A stretch of DNA of 63,407 bases, counting the filler, from Folioceros fuciformis (lineage: Eukaryota), in assembly GCA_049999805.1 (NCBI GenBank). It is 9 parts of 9 records of this genome, joined end to end, with 100 filler letters (N's around TTAATTAATTAA, not from the genome) between each part and the next. Parts side by side here need not be neighbours in the genome. Positions count along the whole stretch, not along the records: positions 46,645 to 51,530 come from JBNGIO010004484.1; positions 51,631 to 58,224 come from JBNGIO010004485.1; positions 58,325 to 60,989 come from JBNGIO010004486.1; 6 more parts are not named here. One strand, 5' to 3'. The translations under genes and the position numbers were made by a program. The stretch's first letter is position 1. The number at the start of each line of letters is the position of its first letter. Below, piece after piece: positions 46,645-59,116 of this stretch. Under the pieces are notes generated by a model. The model did no database searches. It had not been told where the DNA came from and saw only the letters and a list, made by a program, of their open reading frames with translations.

Positions 46645-47631
46645 GCCAGGCGGATGAAACGCATGGTGATGCAGACGGTTTGTCTACTCCCCTACTTCAT
46701 TATTGCAGTCAATCTTGCTCGAATCTGTATCAGGCTGTCTGCGGCTGTGAAGTTGAGCTGGTAACAAGCTTCAGGATCTACTGGACTGGAGTTGGGACAG
46801 CGCAAAAATGATCCTTTTTGTTCTTTAATTGCTGCTGTCCACTCATTGAATCGTGGGTTGGTTGTTTTCAGTGTCAAGGTCAATCAGTAATCCACAACGA
46901 GCCATCCTGTCATTGACTCCGTCTCTGACACCACAGTTAACCCCAACTGGGTCACCTAGGAGAAAGTCTGCAGCTGGCTCACCTAGGCGGGCATCTGCTG
47001 CAGGTTCTCCCAGATGGAGTTCAAATGATGCCAGACTACCTTTGCCATCATCGCAGCCAGCAAGCAACACGACAACTGCTCCAAACTCTCCGCCTCCTAC
47101 AGGCTCAATGCCTGGTCTGCACTGTGACATTTTGTTGACAATGTTTGGAAAGGCATACCTGTTACGTTGGGACGATGAGGCTGATTTTGTCACTGTTGGT
47201 TTTGACAGCACGTACTCCACGGGTGGATGGCAAGGAATTTTTCCGCCAAGCTAGGTTTGTCCCCCCGCTTTTTCTCTGATGCTAGTATATTGTGGGTAGT
47301 GTGTGATGTTTCTCCAGTCGATGCAACTGTCTTAAGGCATTGTGCGTGAAACGCGTGTAGGAATCGGCTAAGTTATGAGCAGTTCAGCGCTTTCCTTGCG
47401 AATATCAAGGAGCTCAATGCACACCGTCAGACCCGGGAGGTGAAGCCTAAGAACCCCTTTTTTTGCGACTGTGGAACATTCAATGAGAGGCATGTTGATG
47501 GGAATCAGTACTCTCAAACGCAACTTGCTGTGCAGGAAACTTTACGGAAGGCGGATGAAACCTTCGGCCCAGAGAACAAGGACCTCTATATTGCCTTCGA
47601 TGGACTCTTAAGTCGGCATCTCCCCACATGA
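46645..47631 (+). CDS. At4g15545 / NAIP-like protein, 3' half
   Basis: Exons <46645-46677, 46872-47114, 47209-47254, 47361-47439, 47536-47631 give TPQLTPTGSP...RVDGKEFFRQARNRLSYEQFSAFLANIKELNAHRQTREETLRKADETFGPENKDLY..FDGLLSR. Confidence 0.9.
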
Positions 47632-48067
47632 TAAACTTATTGGCAGAGTCATTTAAGAAAGGCCTCTCGTAATGGCTGGGATCACTGTGGAGTTACGTGA
47701 TGAGATAACTTAATGAAGTTATGTGGTTTGCTTTGGTGTAAGTGGTCAGTGGATACAATACTCTCTCCCAGTCTGAAGAAAGCAATCAAGTAGTTGGTTC
47801 TTGTGAATAAAGCAGTTCTATGATACTTGGCTCGTCATTGGTACACTCTTTTCATAGGCTTTCTCTCTGTATTAAACTTATTGAGACACCTGTATGAAAT
47901 ATATGGGCATTTTATCCAGTAGTCTATGTCTGGAATTTGCATTCTGCATCTGAAAGGTTTGCGGAATTGAGACTTCTGAAGTGCCACGGCCTGAGAGTTG
48001 GTTGGTGGTTTCCACCAGTGTCGCTTTTTCTGGCCTAGGCACTGCCCATTGTACGAGGCAGTGCAGG

Positions 48068-48497
48068 CTTCTTGCTTCCGAAGAGTCACTTACCTCTTCT
48101 ATGCTGCTGGAAAGCATTCAATATGGTAGTTGTACAAGCAGGTTTCTTGCTTCCAAAGAGTCACTTACCTCTTCTATGCTGCTGGAAAGCATTCAAAATG
48201 GTAGTTGNNNNNNNNNNNNNNNNNNNNNNNNNNNNNNNNNNNNNNNNNNNNNNNNNNNNNNNNNNNNNNNNNNNNNNNNNNNNNNNNNNNNNNNNNNNNN
48301 NNNNNNNTCACTTACCTCTTCTATGCTGCTGGAAAGCATTCAAAATGGTAGTTGTACAAGCAGGTTTCTTGCTCCCAAAGAGTCACTTACCTCTTCTATG
48401 CTGCTGGAAAGCATTCAAAATGATAGTTGTACAAGCAGGTTTCTTGCTTCCAAGAGCCACTTACCTCTTCTATGCAGGAAAGCGTTCAAAATGGTAG
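48068..48497. repeat. 75-bp tandem repeat (at least 4 copies, collapsed at N gap)
   Basis: Unit TTCTTGCTTCCAAAGAGTCACTTACCTCTTCTATGCTGCTGGAAAGCATTCAAAATGGTAGTTGTACAAGCAGGT. Confidence 0.93.
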
Positions 48498-50021
48498 TTT
48501 TACATATTTTGTGAGTTATTATTTCTAAATTTAAATCTTTATATTTTTTTATTTTATTTTTCTTGATTCCATAAAGTGGCATGGTTTTGCATATACTCTT
48601 TTGTTTACCTTCTTTATTTGTATGAGGTGCTGTCTATATTTTACTCTTTTGGCTTTGATTGTATGGTGAGTAGTATGGCTAATTCCACTTGTTGCAAGGT
48701 ATTACAGATATTATCACGAGTTCCTTCTTGGGTATACTTTTATATTTAGCCACTTCCTAACCATCCTCAATCCAACAAAGCTAGACNNNNNNNNNNNNNN
48801 NNNNNNNNNNNNNNNNNNNNNNNNNNNNNNNNNNNNNNNNNNNNNNNNNNNNNNNNNNNNNNNNNNNNNNNNNNNNNNNNNNNNNNGCTTTGCTTCTTGG
48901 TGGGAGATGCTTTTGCTTTCTCCTTTCTATCAGCTTCTTTCCAACCGGGTTCTTTCCAACCGGGCCAACCAAGTTGTAGGTAGTACATTACATGTGAAGC
49001 TTCATCCCGTTTCTTTTGAAAAATTTGTACTACTAGTACTTGCCACAATACTCATAATAATCTTTGGTACCATAATAATATTTTATTATTAGCATGAGAT
49101 CCTATGACGATGATTATTAAATGATTTTTTATTAGACATTAAATGAAAGATAAGTAGTCTGAAAGATTCTAACGAGATGTGGATAGCAATTCACGCTCAA
49201 GGCTTGGCATGTACCGACATGGATATGGATTTTGGGATAGATAGGTATGGGCGGTTGGAATAAATTTATTTTATGTTGATATTTATATTTTTATCTCCGA
49301 GGAATATAATTAATGTTTAAGATAAGATTTGAAATATGCGGGGAGCGATGCGCATGGAGTGGAAACATGGGTGCATTTAACATGTGGGAACCGCCCAGAA
49401 CTTCGTCAAAGGTTGGGAACTGTTCTCTTGTCAGGCACGAGGACAAAACGATGATCCTAGATATCTGATCGACGTGGATAGCTCATCCGCCACATACACT
49501 GCCAAGCTCTGGTCGATATTGCTCTGTCCTGACCAACCTTGGCCAGGTGAAAATGGATGAAAGGGCTGTCTACGGTGTCAAATGTCCACACGATGCAGTA
49601 GCCGCGTTGAGACTTGTTGTTGCACCTGAAACAGCGACATTGCAACACTCACGAACAGACACTTACGATTGACAATGGAACTTGGATGGAGATGGGTGAC
49701 GAGGAGAGTTTAACCGAATATTCAGTGTGATACTTTTAAATTCATCGGCCGGTACAAGCAAAGCTCAATCACAAGGCAGAGGCTTGAGGTCTTGCAGGAC
49801 TGATGCTTGCTAGCTAGCTTAGCTAATACAGATTTCTTAGCATGCCTACTCTTCTCTCCACCAATCTGTGTCTGTTGCCACAGTTTTCTTATATGATTAA
49901 CTATATGTATGAACAGCCTAAAATGTGGCCAGTCAAGCTGATGATAGTCTGCGTGTACCAACAGCAGCAAGAAGAAACGGGAGAGCTCACAAAAAAGAAG
50001 CGACTGACAGGGCCGTTGAAG

Positions 50022-51530
50022 TTAAGCCAAAGCAGCCACCCCCGCAGGTACTCCCTCTTCCCGCGGTACATCAACCTTCTGTTGTTGCAGCTTAGCCTGC
50101 TTCAACATGGATGCCAATCCTGCAACTACCTTGCTCCTGTCCCGGTGGGGAGACCTGGGTTCAACAGCGGGCGGTTGCCATTGGCTGTTATCCCGCATTT
50201 GCACCTCCGTCCCCACGACCGAGAAAGGCTCCGTTTCAGACTTGGTGAAGAGCATCCTGTTGGCCCCTCGCACCCGCCCCTCCATCTCTGCCTCCTTGGC
50301 AGCCATCACCTTCCACCTGTTCTTCTCCCCATCCTTTTCCGCAGCAGACTGTTTCTTGTCCAGCACTTGTCGGCGCCCACTAGCTACCTGGGGAGCAACA
50401 TTGCGGGGAATCTCCTTCAAAGCCTGCTCCTCCTCCCTCTGGTAATGCACCTCCATGGCGTTCCTGAACCTCTCGTCAAACCCGTGGCCCCGCACTGCCA
50501 GGGACCCGATGTCCCTGCTCAAATTGTTCTCCACCAAGCAATGCTGCGGGGGCACGGGATTCGTTGTCCGCCGGTACGCGGATAGCCATTTCGCCCGCAG
50601 ATACTCCGGCTTCCTCCACGGCGGGAGATGCAGGTTCCGTTTCTTCAAAGACCGCCTTGCTCCATCCGACATTATCTTCACCAGCTGGTTGATTCTGTCC
50701 GCCTTCCCCACAAAGATGACAGGAAGGAGCTCGAGTATGGCGACGTAGCTGCTCGTGGGCCGGGCAATTTCGAATTGCGCTCGGAAATCAATGTCCACTA
50801 GCAACCTCTCCTCCTTCCCGCCCGTGCTCGTCTCATCCACCAGCACATCGATGTACTCGTAGTCACCTGCAACCAGGAGCGAAGCGTTAAGCCCAGTCAG
50901 TCCCACTCTCCGCCCAACGCCAGAAGCAACAGGCAAAGAAGCCTTTCAAGAGCGTAACGCTCACCTCCAGGATAGCCACCGGCGTGGTCCCATCGCGACT
51001 TGCAGATGGCTGCATTATATCCCCTCCGCCTGAGCTCTCCCATCACCAGGCGCCGCAGGCAGCCAGTGCAGGCCTCGGCCCCGTCCTGGCACACCCGGTT
51101 GGCCTCCTCCTTCACCTTGGCCACAGCCTGCCCGGCGTCCAGCAGCAGGCTCTTTTCCATCGCGTTCACGCTCGGGACAAGATTCTGCGCAAGCAAGCGA
51201 GGTGAGCAAGGAGGTATAGAAAAACAAAAACCAAATCCAAATCCAGCAAGCAAGCAAGCATCCTCCACGGCCTGCATTGCAACAGCAAAAAATCCGGGAG
51301 GCAACAGGAGGGAAGAGGCTCAGAATTGTCCCCTCACCTGGACCATGTCCGCGAGCTCCTTCCCCTGCACGGACTTGGCGTCCTCGTTGTCCCCGGGCGT
51401 GGCGAGAGCGTCGCAGACGCCGTTCTCGCAATTGCAGCGCGGGCGGCCGCACTTGGTGGCAATCTTGCCGGCGTTGGAGTCCTCCAGCATGAACTCGTGC
51501 ACCATAGCCGCGAGGCACACGGAGCTGGGC
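50022..51530 (-). CDS. DUF506 (plant-specific PD-(D/E)XK-like) protein; 5' end beyond scaffold
   Basis: Exons >51530-51338, 51184-50965, 50866-50022. Motifs PSSVCLAAMVHEF, GYNAAICKSRW, GDYEYIDV, VDIDFRAQFEIARPT, FVG, LPPWRK..Y..AKW. Confidence 0.95.
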
Positions 51531-51630
51531 NNNNNNNNNNNNNNNNNNNNNNNNNNNNNNNNNNNNNNNNNNNNTTAATTAATTAANNNNNNNNNNNNNN
51601 NNNNNNNNNNNNNNNNNNNNNNNNNNNNNN
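51531..51630. other. Artificial scaffold linker
   Basis: 44N-TTAATTAATTAA-44N. Confidence 0.98.
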
Positions 51631-51930
51631 CCTGGCGGAGCCCACGGCCGGGGCCTGCGCCCCTGGGCAGGCCGGGCATCCCCACCCATGGGGCTGGAGC
51701 CCCCGCTGGAGGCCTGGCAGCCCGCAGGGCGCCTCTACGCCTTGCGGCACCCTAGGCACTTGCGCCCCACTCCTAGGGCACACCCTGCGGGATGGCAGGC
51801 ACCTGGGCACAATACGCTCGTTTTGCGCCTGTGGCCAGGTCTCCTGCTCTTGCTCTGCTCTCGCTTCGTTGGAGACCCCTTGCAGCCAGCAGCATGCTCA
51901 CTCCGAAGCCGACTTGTGCACCCACCTAAT

Positions 51931-52107
51931 AGTACTTAGCCCTAGTCTACCTTGACATACTCATAGTGCTTAGCCCTAGTCTACCTTGACATACTGATAG
52001 TACTTAGCCCTAGTCTACCTTGACATATTGATAGTACTTAGNNNNNNNNNNTCTACCTTGACATATTGATAGTACTTAGCCCTAGTCTACCTTGACATGC
52101 TGACAAT
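51931..52107. repeat. 34-bp tandem repeat (about 5 copies) in probable LTR-like sequence
   Basis: AGTACTTAGCCCTAGTCTACCTTGACATACTGAT at 51931, 51965, 51999, 52033, 52071. Confidence 0.92.
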
Positions 52108-52504
52108 ACCTAAACCTACCCCTTTTCAACCTTGCCTCTAGATATAGATTACGCAAGGTCAAGAGTCAACTACACTGACTTGAGTAGTAGCAAGGAACTG
52201 GAGCTAGAGCTGGGAGAGGAAGGGTAGCAAGCAGCTAGGAGGAGCCGGGAGAAGCAAGAAGTTGGAGCTAATGAGCTCCCTTCATGGCAAAGGAGGCAAG
52301 GCCTCCTCTATTCCTTCCTCTCCATACAAAGTAGCAAGGCCTCTCATATAGCTAAAGGGCTACGAAAATTAGAGTTGGCTTTTTGTCCTTGGTGCCCTCT
52401 ACATGCTAAAGCCTACGTTAGCCTACAAAGCTATTTATTGCCACGGTCGATTGTCGAATACAAATAGGTCAATCGAACATAGCCACACAACATACTTCAT
52501 GCTC

Positions 52505-52786
52505 GTTCTTATTCTCTCCTCCACACACCCTTAAACTTGTATCACAACCCATTTTTATCCTCTCCTCCACACACCCTTAAACTTGTATCACAAAGCTCAT
52601 TCTTATTCTCTCCTCCACACACCCTTAAACTTGTATCACAAACTTGCATGTAGTAACGGGGAAAAAACTAAACTTCCAGGAAAAAAGTGCTCCGAACCTT
52701 CTTGGAAATAAGTTAAACTTGCATGTAGTAACGGGAAAAAACTAAACGTCCGGGAAAAAAGTGCTCCGAACCTTCTTGGAAATAAG
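52505..52786. repeat. Three ~47-bp copies followed by two ~75-bp copies
   Basis: TCTCCTCCACACACCCTTAAACTTGTATCACA ending at 52546, 52592, 52640; AACTTGCATGTAGTAACGGG... starting at 52641 and 52716. Confidence 0.9.
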
Positions 52787-52847
52787 AAAAAACCTGACAG
52801 AAGGGTTTTCTTACAAAATCTGTAATAGCTGCGGTTACAATTCCGAA

Positions 52848-52919
52848 GGGGCATTGCGAGAATCGAACTCGCGACCTCTTGCACCCTAAGCAAGAATCAT
52901 ACCACTAGACCAAATGCCC
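52848..52919 (-). tRNA. tRNA-Pro, anticodon AGG
   Basis: GGGCATTTGGTCTAGTGGTATGATTCTTGCTTAGGGTGCAAGAGGTCGCGAGTTCGATTCTCGCAATGCCCC folds as a cloverleaf with A and B boxes; upstream CAA motif and AT-rich leader. Confidence 0.96.
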
Positions 52920-53065
52920 TTGGCTACAATTCATTTTGATTTTTGAGATACTTATTTTAAATTGTTAGAGATGATTGCCCAAACACAGTGGCTGCACAGG
53001 TTGGAAACTGGCTTCTGGCCTCTGAAGAAAGCATATAGACGGGCTACAAAATGGTACTTTACAGT

Positions 53066-53984
53066 TCACTTCTCTACTGCCCTACTACTGTTGTGTTTAA
53101 GAGGTCGCCTGTTCATGGTTCCTACACCATCCTTTAGGGCAGTTGTCTTCTTCATCGCAGTGAGCAACTTCCCATCGGTCTGCTCACCTGGGATTGCAGG
53201 CTCAACAGGGAGGTCCATGGACACATACTTCTTTATTCTCCAGGATATGAGAATTCCAGAGAGAATGCCAGTGGCAGGCAAAACGTACGACAATGGGCCT
53301 AAGGCCAGACCACCTCCAGCTCCCGTTGCTGCGCTGGTCAAGGTCCCAAAGGAGGCATTTTGCAGAATCATAGGAAAACCGCCCACCAGCGTGGGCAAAA
53401 GGAAATCCACACCAAATCTCACATCCGTGGCTGCGAGAGCATAGTTGATGATGTAGGAAGGAATAGGAGAGAAGCGGGCCATGAGCACAAACCTCCACCC
53501 ATCTTCAGCAACACCTTTGCTGATGATGTTGAAGTACTTGTTCTTCCGAACCCACGAGCTCGCAGACACCGAGCTTCTAAACAAAATCCTGTTCCACCCC
53601 ACCAGTAAGACCACGAAAACTAGTCTCACGCACAAGAACCCACACCAAACGCTGACCAGGTCAAGAAACTTACCGCCCGATCCAGAACGCCAGACCTGCA
53701 CCGGTCACCTTGGCGCAGCACACACACGCCACTCCCCTGATGAACCCGAACATAAACGACGCCGCAGCCTCGAACCCAATCGCGTAGGGGAAGCAAAGTG
53801 CAATTGCCACAGAATGCACCAGCACAAACACCGGCATCGCCCACGGGCCTAACTTGGCAGCCAAACCATGAACACTCTCCACCACAGCCTTGGGGTCTCC
53901 CCCGAAGGCTTGCGAAACTGCCCAGTACAACGCCACTGTTCCAGCTACGAGTAACCCCACGGACAACTGCACAGTGCCAGCCAT
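53066..53984 (-). CDS. VTT-domain (TVP38/TMEM64, SNARE-associated Golgi) membrane protein
   Basis: Exons 53984-53674 and 53588-53066. Motifs FEAAASFMFGF..G, GAGLAFWIGR, GWRFVLMARFSPIPSYIINYALA; several hydrophobic segments. Confidence 0.9.
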
Positions 53985-55344
53985 CTCAAGGAAACCAAAC
54001 CCTCCCGAGCTTCAAAATCCGTGCACCCTGGCCCCCGTTACCCCCGTACCTTCCTCCCAAATGCCCAACCCAACAAGCTGCCTGCCCGATGTCACGCATT
54101 CCCAGCACAGGCAATGAGAAACTCCTGCATTTGGGACCACGAAGCAACGCCGGGCTTCCGCAACCCCCGCTGTTTACCCACGGAAGAGAAGCGGTCACTT
54201 GCAGCCCAACCAAAGCATACAAAGCTCATAGCGTTCGACACCAAGATCCCAACCGAAACTGTAATCGCATCCCACTGACATGGATGTCAGGATTCCACCA
54301 CTTCACCCTCGTGCGATGAACCGAGTGTTTAGACAAGACGATGATCCAAACCCTTGGTGCATGACGAACCGTAGACCACTTTACCTGCTCTCACTTTCCT
54401 TTTGGGAAATAGATACTAGTACTCCCTCTTTCTAACTCGTAACAAGTAACGTGTAAGCCCGTTTTGAAAAGGCACCTAGTGGTACTTGAACACCATGATA
54501 ACCAGCAACAATGGAAGAGTTTACAAAACTAAAGCAAGACAAATCTTCCATAATCTTTAACCCACCAAGGAAGGACAAGAAGAAATTTGTCTGTAATATA
54601 GAGGAGGAGAAGAAGAAAAATTTGATCTCTATAATCAGGACAACATGGATATGCAGATCACATAATGTTTTTATTTTATTTTCGAACAAAAGAGTTTAAA
54701 TTATATAAGCTAGAATATGTTTTCGAGGTTACAAAAGTAAGACAAACCTTATGTGGGAAACTAAACCTTCAACCAGTATCTTAGTACTAAAGGAACGAGG
54801 TTTGCTCTTTCCACCTTGAATTCTATCTCTACCCAAACAAAAGCGAGTAGCCACTTATCAAGTTGAACATAGGAGAAGCCCTTGTTAGTACACTAAATCT
54901 AACGAATGTATTTAAAGTTATGAAGCACCCATACTTTCCCCACGAACATGCATGATCCTATTGGCTCTTAGTATTAGAGGACTCTAGTGATCCTCTAGTC
55001 TTTCTACTTAGTCTTGTTTGAATAGGCCCTTCTTAAGCTTTCACCTACAATAAATAAATGCTCCTAGATACATCACAACATACCCTTGTTGTTGCTGACT
55101 CCTTCCCACCATACGTAACTTCCCCATTGAGAGTGAGGGTGTAATATAGGTAGGTAAATATGGGGACTAAGCCCTTAACTTAATAAAAATCTGCTAGAGC
55201 TATGTAATCAAGTAACATTATAGGCCTTGGAAAGTGTGGGATCATAGCTTTATGCATCTATGTGGTAGCTCCAACCATAGCACCTAACACTGCATTTATT
55301 AGGATAGTTATCAAAAACCTAGCTAAAAAACAAACTACTTAATA

Positions 55345-56324
55345 AAACCTTACCCAGGTGTGGGTTATCAGAACGGAAAAAATATATAGATATATTCCAT
55401 AACAAAACAAAACCACCAAGGGTGAATTATCATAATGGGAAAAAAAAATTATTACACAAAAAAAAAACAAATCATCCTAGTATGAGTTGTCACAATGGAA
55501 AAAAATAGTTTTATTATTTTATTACACAACAGAATAAATCACCCGAGTGCGAGTTTACACAAACAAAGTGTTATAAAAGCGGAAGCTTGTTGTAAAAACA
55601 AAATAATTAATTAGAAAGTTATGTGTGTTTAAATACTTGTATAAGTGACTATTCACTTAACCTAACTAGCATTAGGTAATCATATATTAACCTGTGTTGA
55701 GAAAAGTCAAATAACCCTTGATACTCCCACTTAGCCGTAGACACAGATTAAATGGGAAAAACCCTAAAGCTCATCATGTCTAGGCTCCACAGGTTAGTCC
55801 ACGATTGAACGGATCAGCTACCGATTACTCCCACTGTTCACGAGTTGCATGTACTCTGCTAATTGCTACTCCACGCTCGTGCAAGCTCAAGGCTGTGAGT
55901 GATGGAGCCATTCCTTATCGTCATTATATGCGCTTACCACACTCCTAACAAGCAGAATTAAAGCAACATTGATCAGCAAGATGGTGCAGACCAGAAAATG
56001 CGCCTTGTCCAATTGGTAAGTGACACAAACTACTACGTAACATGTCCTGCAAACAGTTTAAGTTTTGTCCCTGTTGCTACCACAACTTGCTTGCATCAAG
56101 AAGGACAACAACGGGAAGGTGTTTAGAAGATCAAGATGGATGCATGGACCTTCTCAACCAAAAAGTCATCCAAGTATGAGTTGTTATAATGGGAAAAAAA
56201 TAGGTTTCATTGCATAACAAAATAAATCACCCAAGTGTGGGTTATCACAATGGAAAAAAGAATAGTTTTTATCGCACAACAAAACAAATCAACCAAGGGT
56301 GAGTTGTCATAATGGGAAAAAAAA
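55345..56324. repeat. Two clusters of ~60-bp AT-rich units (55345-55560 and 56160-56324)
   Basis: Recurrent AATCA(C/T)CC.AG.GTG.GTT.TCA.AATGG(G)AAAAA core. Confidence 0.75.
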
Positions 56325-56425
56325 NNNNNNNNNNNNNNNNNNNNNNNNNNNNNNNNNNNNNNNNNNNNNNNNNNNNNNNNNNNNNNNNNNNNNNNNNNNN
56401 NNNNNNNNNNNNNNNNNNNNNNNNC

Positions 56426-57292
56426 TTAATTAGGTGCAGATGGAAAACAAAGCCAACTTGTTCTCTTGAAAGCCGAACCAAAATGTCCTGCCAAAGCTTC
56501 AAAATTCACAAGTGCATCACGCACAATGGGGTATTCTTGTACATCTTTAGATATCTCCATCATGTTTGCTACCATAGTTTCAAAATCCATATGCGCATCA
56601 AGCTCAATGGGGTATTCATGTACACCTTTAGATACATGGCTCATGTGTGCGCGTACTCGATTTGCAATCGTCTCGTTTGACATCCAACTTTCAATTAAAT
56701 TCTTCAAACTATTTCCCAAAAACATTGCATTGTATCCTAAGTCAATGAGGTGCTTATTGGACCTTACAACACGAATGTATAAGTAAGATGAACAATGCGG
56801 CATGTAAAATATGGTGGGCACGAAGAAAGGTAAGTTTCCTTCCCTATTGTCTTTTAGTATAGAACAACCAAGATCTTTGAGGATAGATTGCTGCATAGGT
56901 AGGGCATCATATATAGGATCGCATACAATCATTCTTTCTATAGAATGAAGGGCTTTCTTCAACAATAATGTTAGACCCAATTGATATTGCGAGGCTGCTT
57001 TTCTTAAGTCGCCTAATCCATAGACAACAAGTTGCTTGTATTGTCCCTTGCATTGTGACTTATGCCATTGTGACATGTTTTGAATTTGCTTGCAAAATTC
57101 CACGAAAAATGTTGATGTTCCCACTTGTGCCTCGGCGAGTTTGCATTCTCTCATTAAACTATTCTTCTCTTCCGGAGAAAACAAGTTACATGGATTAGAA
57201 GAAGACATATGTCTCCCTCCTTGTACTTGGTTTATTGATCGAGGCATAGGACTTTGTGGTTGCCTAACTTGGGCCTCCATATTTGCTTCCAT
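56426..57292 (-). CDS. SRR1-domain protein (SENSITIVITY TO RED LIGHT REDUCED 1-like), single exon, ~288 aa
   Basis: VVYGLG, SQYQL, CDPI, N.EG, PTIFYMPHC..YLY, LGNS, AF..TS...F. First ATG at 57292; stop lies right beside an N gap. Confidence 0.85.
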   Translation of the reverse strand: MEANMEAQVRQPQSPMPRSINQVQGGRHMSSSNPCNLFSPEEKNSLMRECKLAEAQVGTSTFFVEFCKQIQNMSQWHKSQCKGQYKQLVVYGLGDLRKAASQYQLGLTLLLKKALHSIERMIVCDPIYDALPMQQSILKDLGCSILKDNREGNLPFFVPTIFYMPHCSSYLYIRVVRSNKHLIDLGYNAMFLGNSLKNLIESWMSNETIANRVRAHMSHVSKGVHEYPIELDAHMDFETMVANMMEISKDVQEYPIVRDALVNFEALAGHFGSAFKRTSWLCFPSAPN

Positions 57293-58224
57293 CTTGAGCC
57301 AATTGAATGTTGTTGTTACAAAGATTGGTAGGAGTATCACCAATATAGATCGAGTTGTCAAAAGATACGCGAAAACCACCCAATGCGAACTAGGTCAGCC
57401 GAGCTTGAATTAAATTGGGGAGCTTGTTGTAAAGATGTGCTTTCCTTCCTATCACACATATTAGTTAGTATCAATATAGACATTCGAAATAGGCACGCCA
57501 CACTAGACTAGACAACACTTGTTTGTAGACGAAGGTAGTGTCTATATCTTACCACTCAGCGACCACGGACTCGTAGCAAGGCACCTGAGATGTAAATAGG
57601 TGAGCCGCAAACACTAGCCAACATTTGCTTGTATGTAAGGGTGGTGCCGTGCATGTAGTGCATCCCTTAGCAAGCACCAGCTCATAGCAAGGCACAAGAG
57701 GTGAAAAAAGGTTAGTTGTGGATGAATGTAAAAATTGTAATTAAACCCTAAAACAAAACTAGAAATAAATTGGATGATAGATAAATAATAAGCCTTTGCG
57801 CACATGTGGCCAAACACAATCTTTTTTTTTTAATCCTTTTAATATTCATATTGATATTAATAATATTTTATAAATTATTTTGGAATAGTGTATACAAATA
57901 TGTTATCCTTTAATAGTCCAAGTAATAAAGGAGAGATGTGAAACGACTAAGGTCCACGTAATGTCTCCTATGGAACATGGCTACACCTTGATGCCTCTTG
58001 CCGTGAACATTCATTGTGACATACCTAAGGGTTTCTTCAGGTTTTTGAAGGCTTAGCTAAAAAGAAAAGGAGACATGAAAGAAGGAAGCGCACGGCGCAA
58101 AAAGGGAGAAGGAACCAAACAAAGGAAAGGGGGGGAGCCGAAGGGATGAGAGTCCCTTAAGAAGAGTAGAGACAAGAAAGGAAGCCTTAGCCTTAGCCTT
58201 AGCCTTGGCCAGGGGTGCCGGGTT

Positions 58225-58324
58225 NNNNNNNNNNNNNNNNNNNNNNNNNNNNNNNNNNNNNNNNNNNNTTAATTAATTAANNNNNNNNNNNNNNNNNNNN
58301 NNNNNNNNNNNNNNNNNNNNNNNN
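58225..58324. other. Artificial scaffold linker
   Basis: 44N-TTAATTAATTAA-44N. Confidence 0.98.
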
Positions 58325-58663
58325 TACAAGTTGAAGTCGAAGGAGTATTACAAGTTGAAGTTTAAGGGAGTATTACAAGTTGAAGTTGAGGGAGTATTAC
58401 AAGTTGAAGTCGAAGGAGTATTACAAGTTGAAGTTTAAGGGAGTATTACAAGTTGAAGTTGAGGGAGTATTACAAGTTGAAGTCGAAGGAGTATTACAAG
58501 TTGAAGTTTAAGGGAGTATTACAAGTTGAAGTTGAGGGAGTATTACAAGTTGAAGTCGAAGGAGTATTACAAGTTGAAGTCGAAGGAGTATTACAAGTTG
58601 AAGTCGAAGGAGTATTACAAGTTGAAGTTGAAGGAATATTAAAAGTTGAAGTCGAAGGAGTAT
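58325..58663. repeat. 24/25-bp minisatellite, 14 units
   Basis: TACAAGTTGAAG(TCGAAG/TTTAAGG/TTGAGG)GAGTAT. Lies in LTR-like sequence that appears to end ...CCCTGACA at 59020. Confidence 0.95.
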
Positions 58664-59116
58664 CACGGATACTTCGAAGAATACGAGGAGTATCACACAT
58701 ATCAAGAGATTGGAGGAGTATCATAAATATTAAGAAAGGTTTTGCAAATGTCTATGGGAAGTATTGGTTGACAAAAACGGTTGAACCTCCTTTGTGTGAA
58801 CACTATCAAAAGAAGTATTGGCTGGTATTCACTAGTATTCGGAGGTTGGACCTCCTTCAAAAGAAGGCCATGATGTGAAGACACTATCAAAGGAAGGGCT
58901 TGCTATGAATATACTCCATTCAAAGAAGCTTCGATGTGGAGGCATTTTGCTAAAAGCTATGAAGACACTATGTTCAAAGAAGGTGATAATTGAGGATAGA
59001 TGAGAAACTCATCCCTGACATAGTGGCACACTCATATATTGTGATACACCTTTACACAATCCATCATTAGTGTTGACAAGTCCTTGCTTATGACCCTCAA
59101 AGTAAGAGGATAAAAA

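Noticed and set aside
47981-48514. 25-aa repeat proteins
   Set aside because: Open in more than one frame because the 75-bp unit is a multiple of three; no other coding evidence.
49842-50585. 247-aa plus-strand ORF
   Set aside because: Antisense shadow of the DUF506 exon.
51931-52107. CRISPR-like 34-bp repeats
   Set aside because: Head-to-tail tandem copies without spacers.
54432-54730. Possible degenerate LINE endonuclease on the minus strand
   Set aside because: Only vague resemblance (VVLIIEIK); too decayed to call.
58453-58878. VEVEGVLQ repeat protein
   Set aside because: Translation of a minisatellite whose 25-bp units shift the frame.
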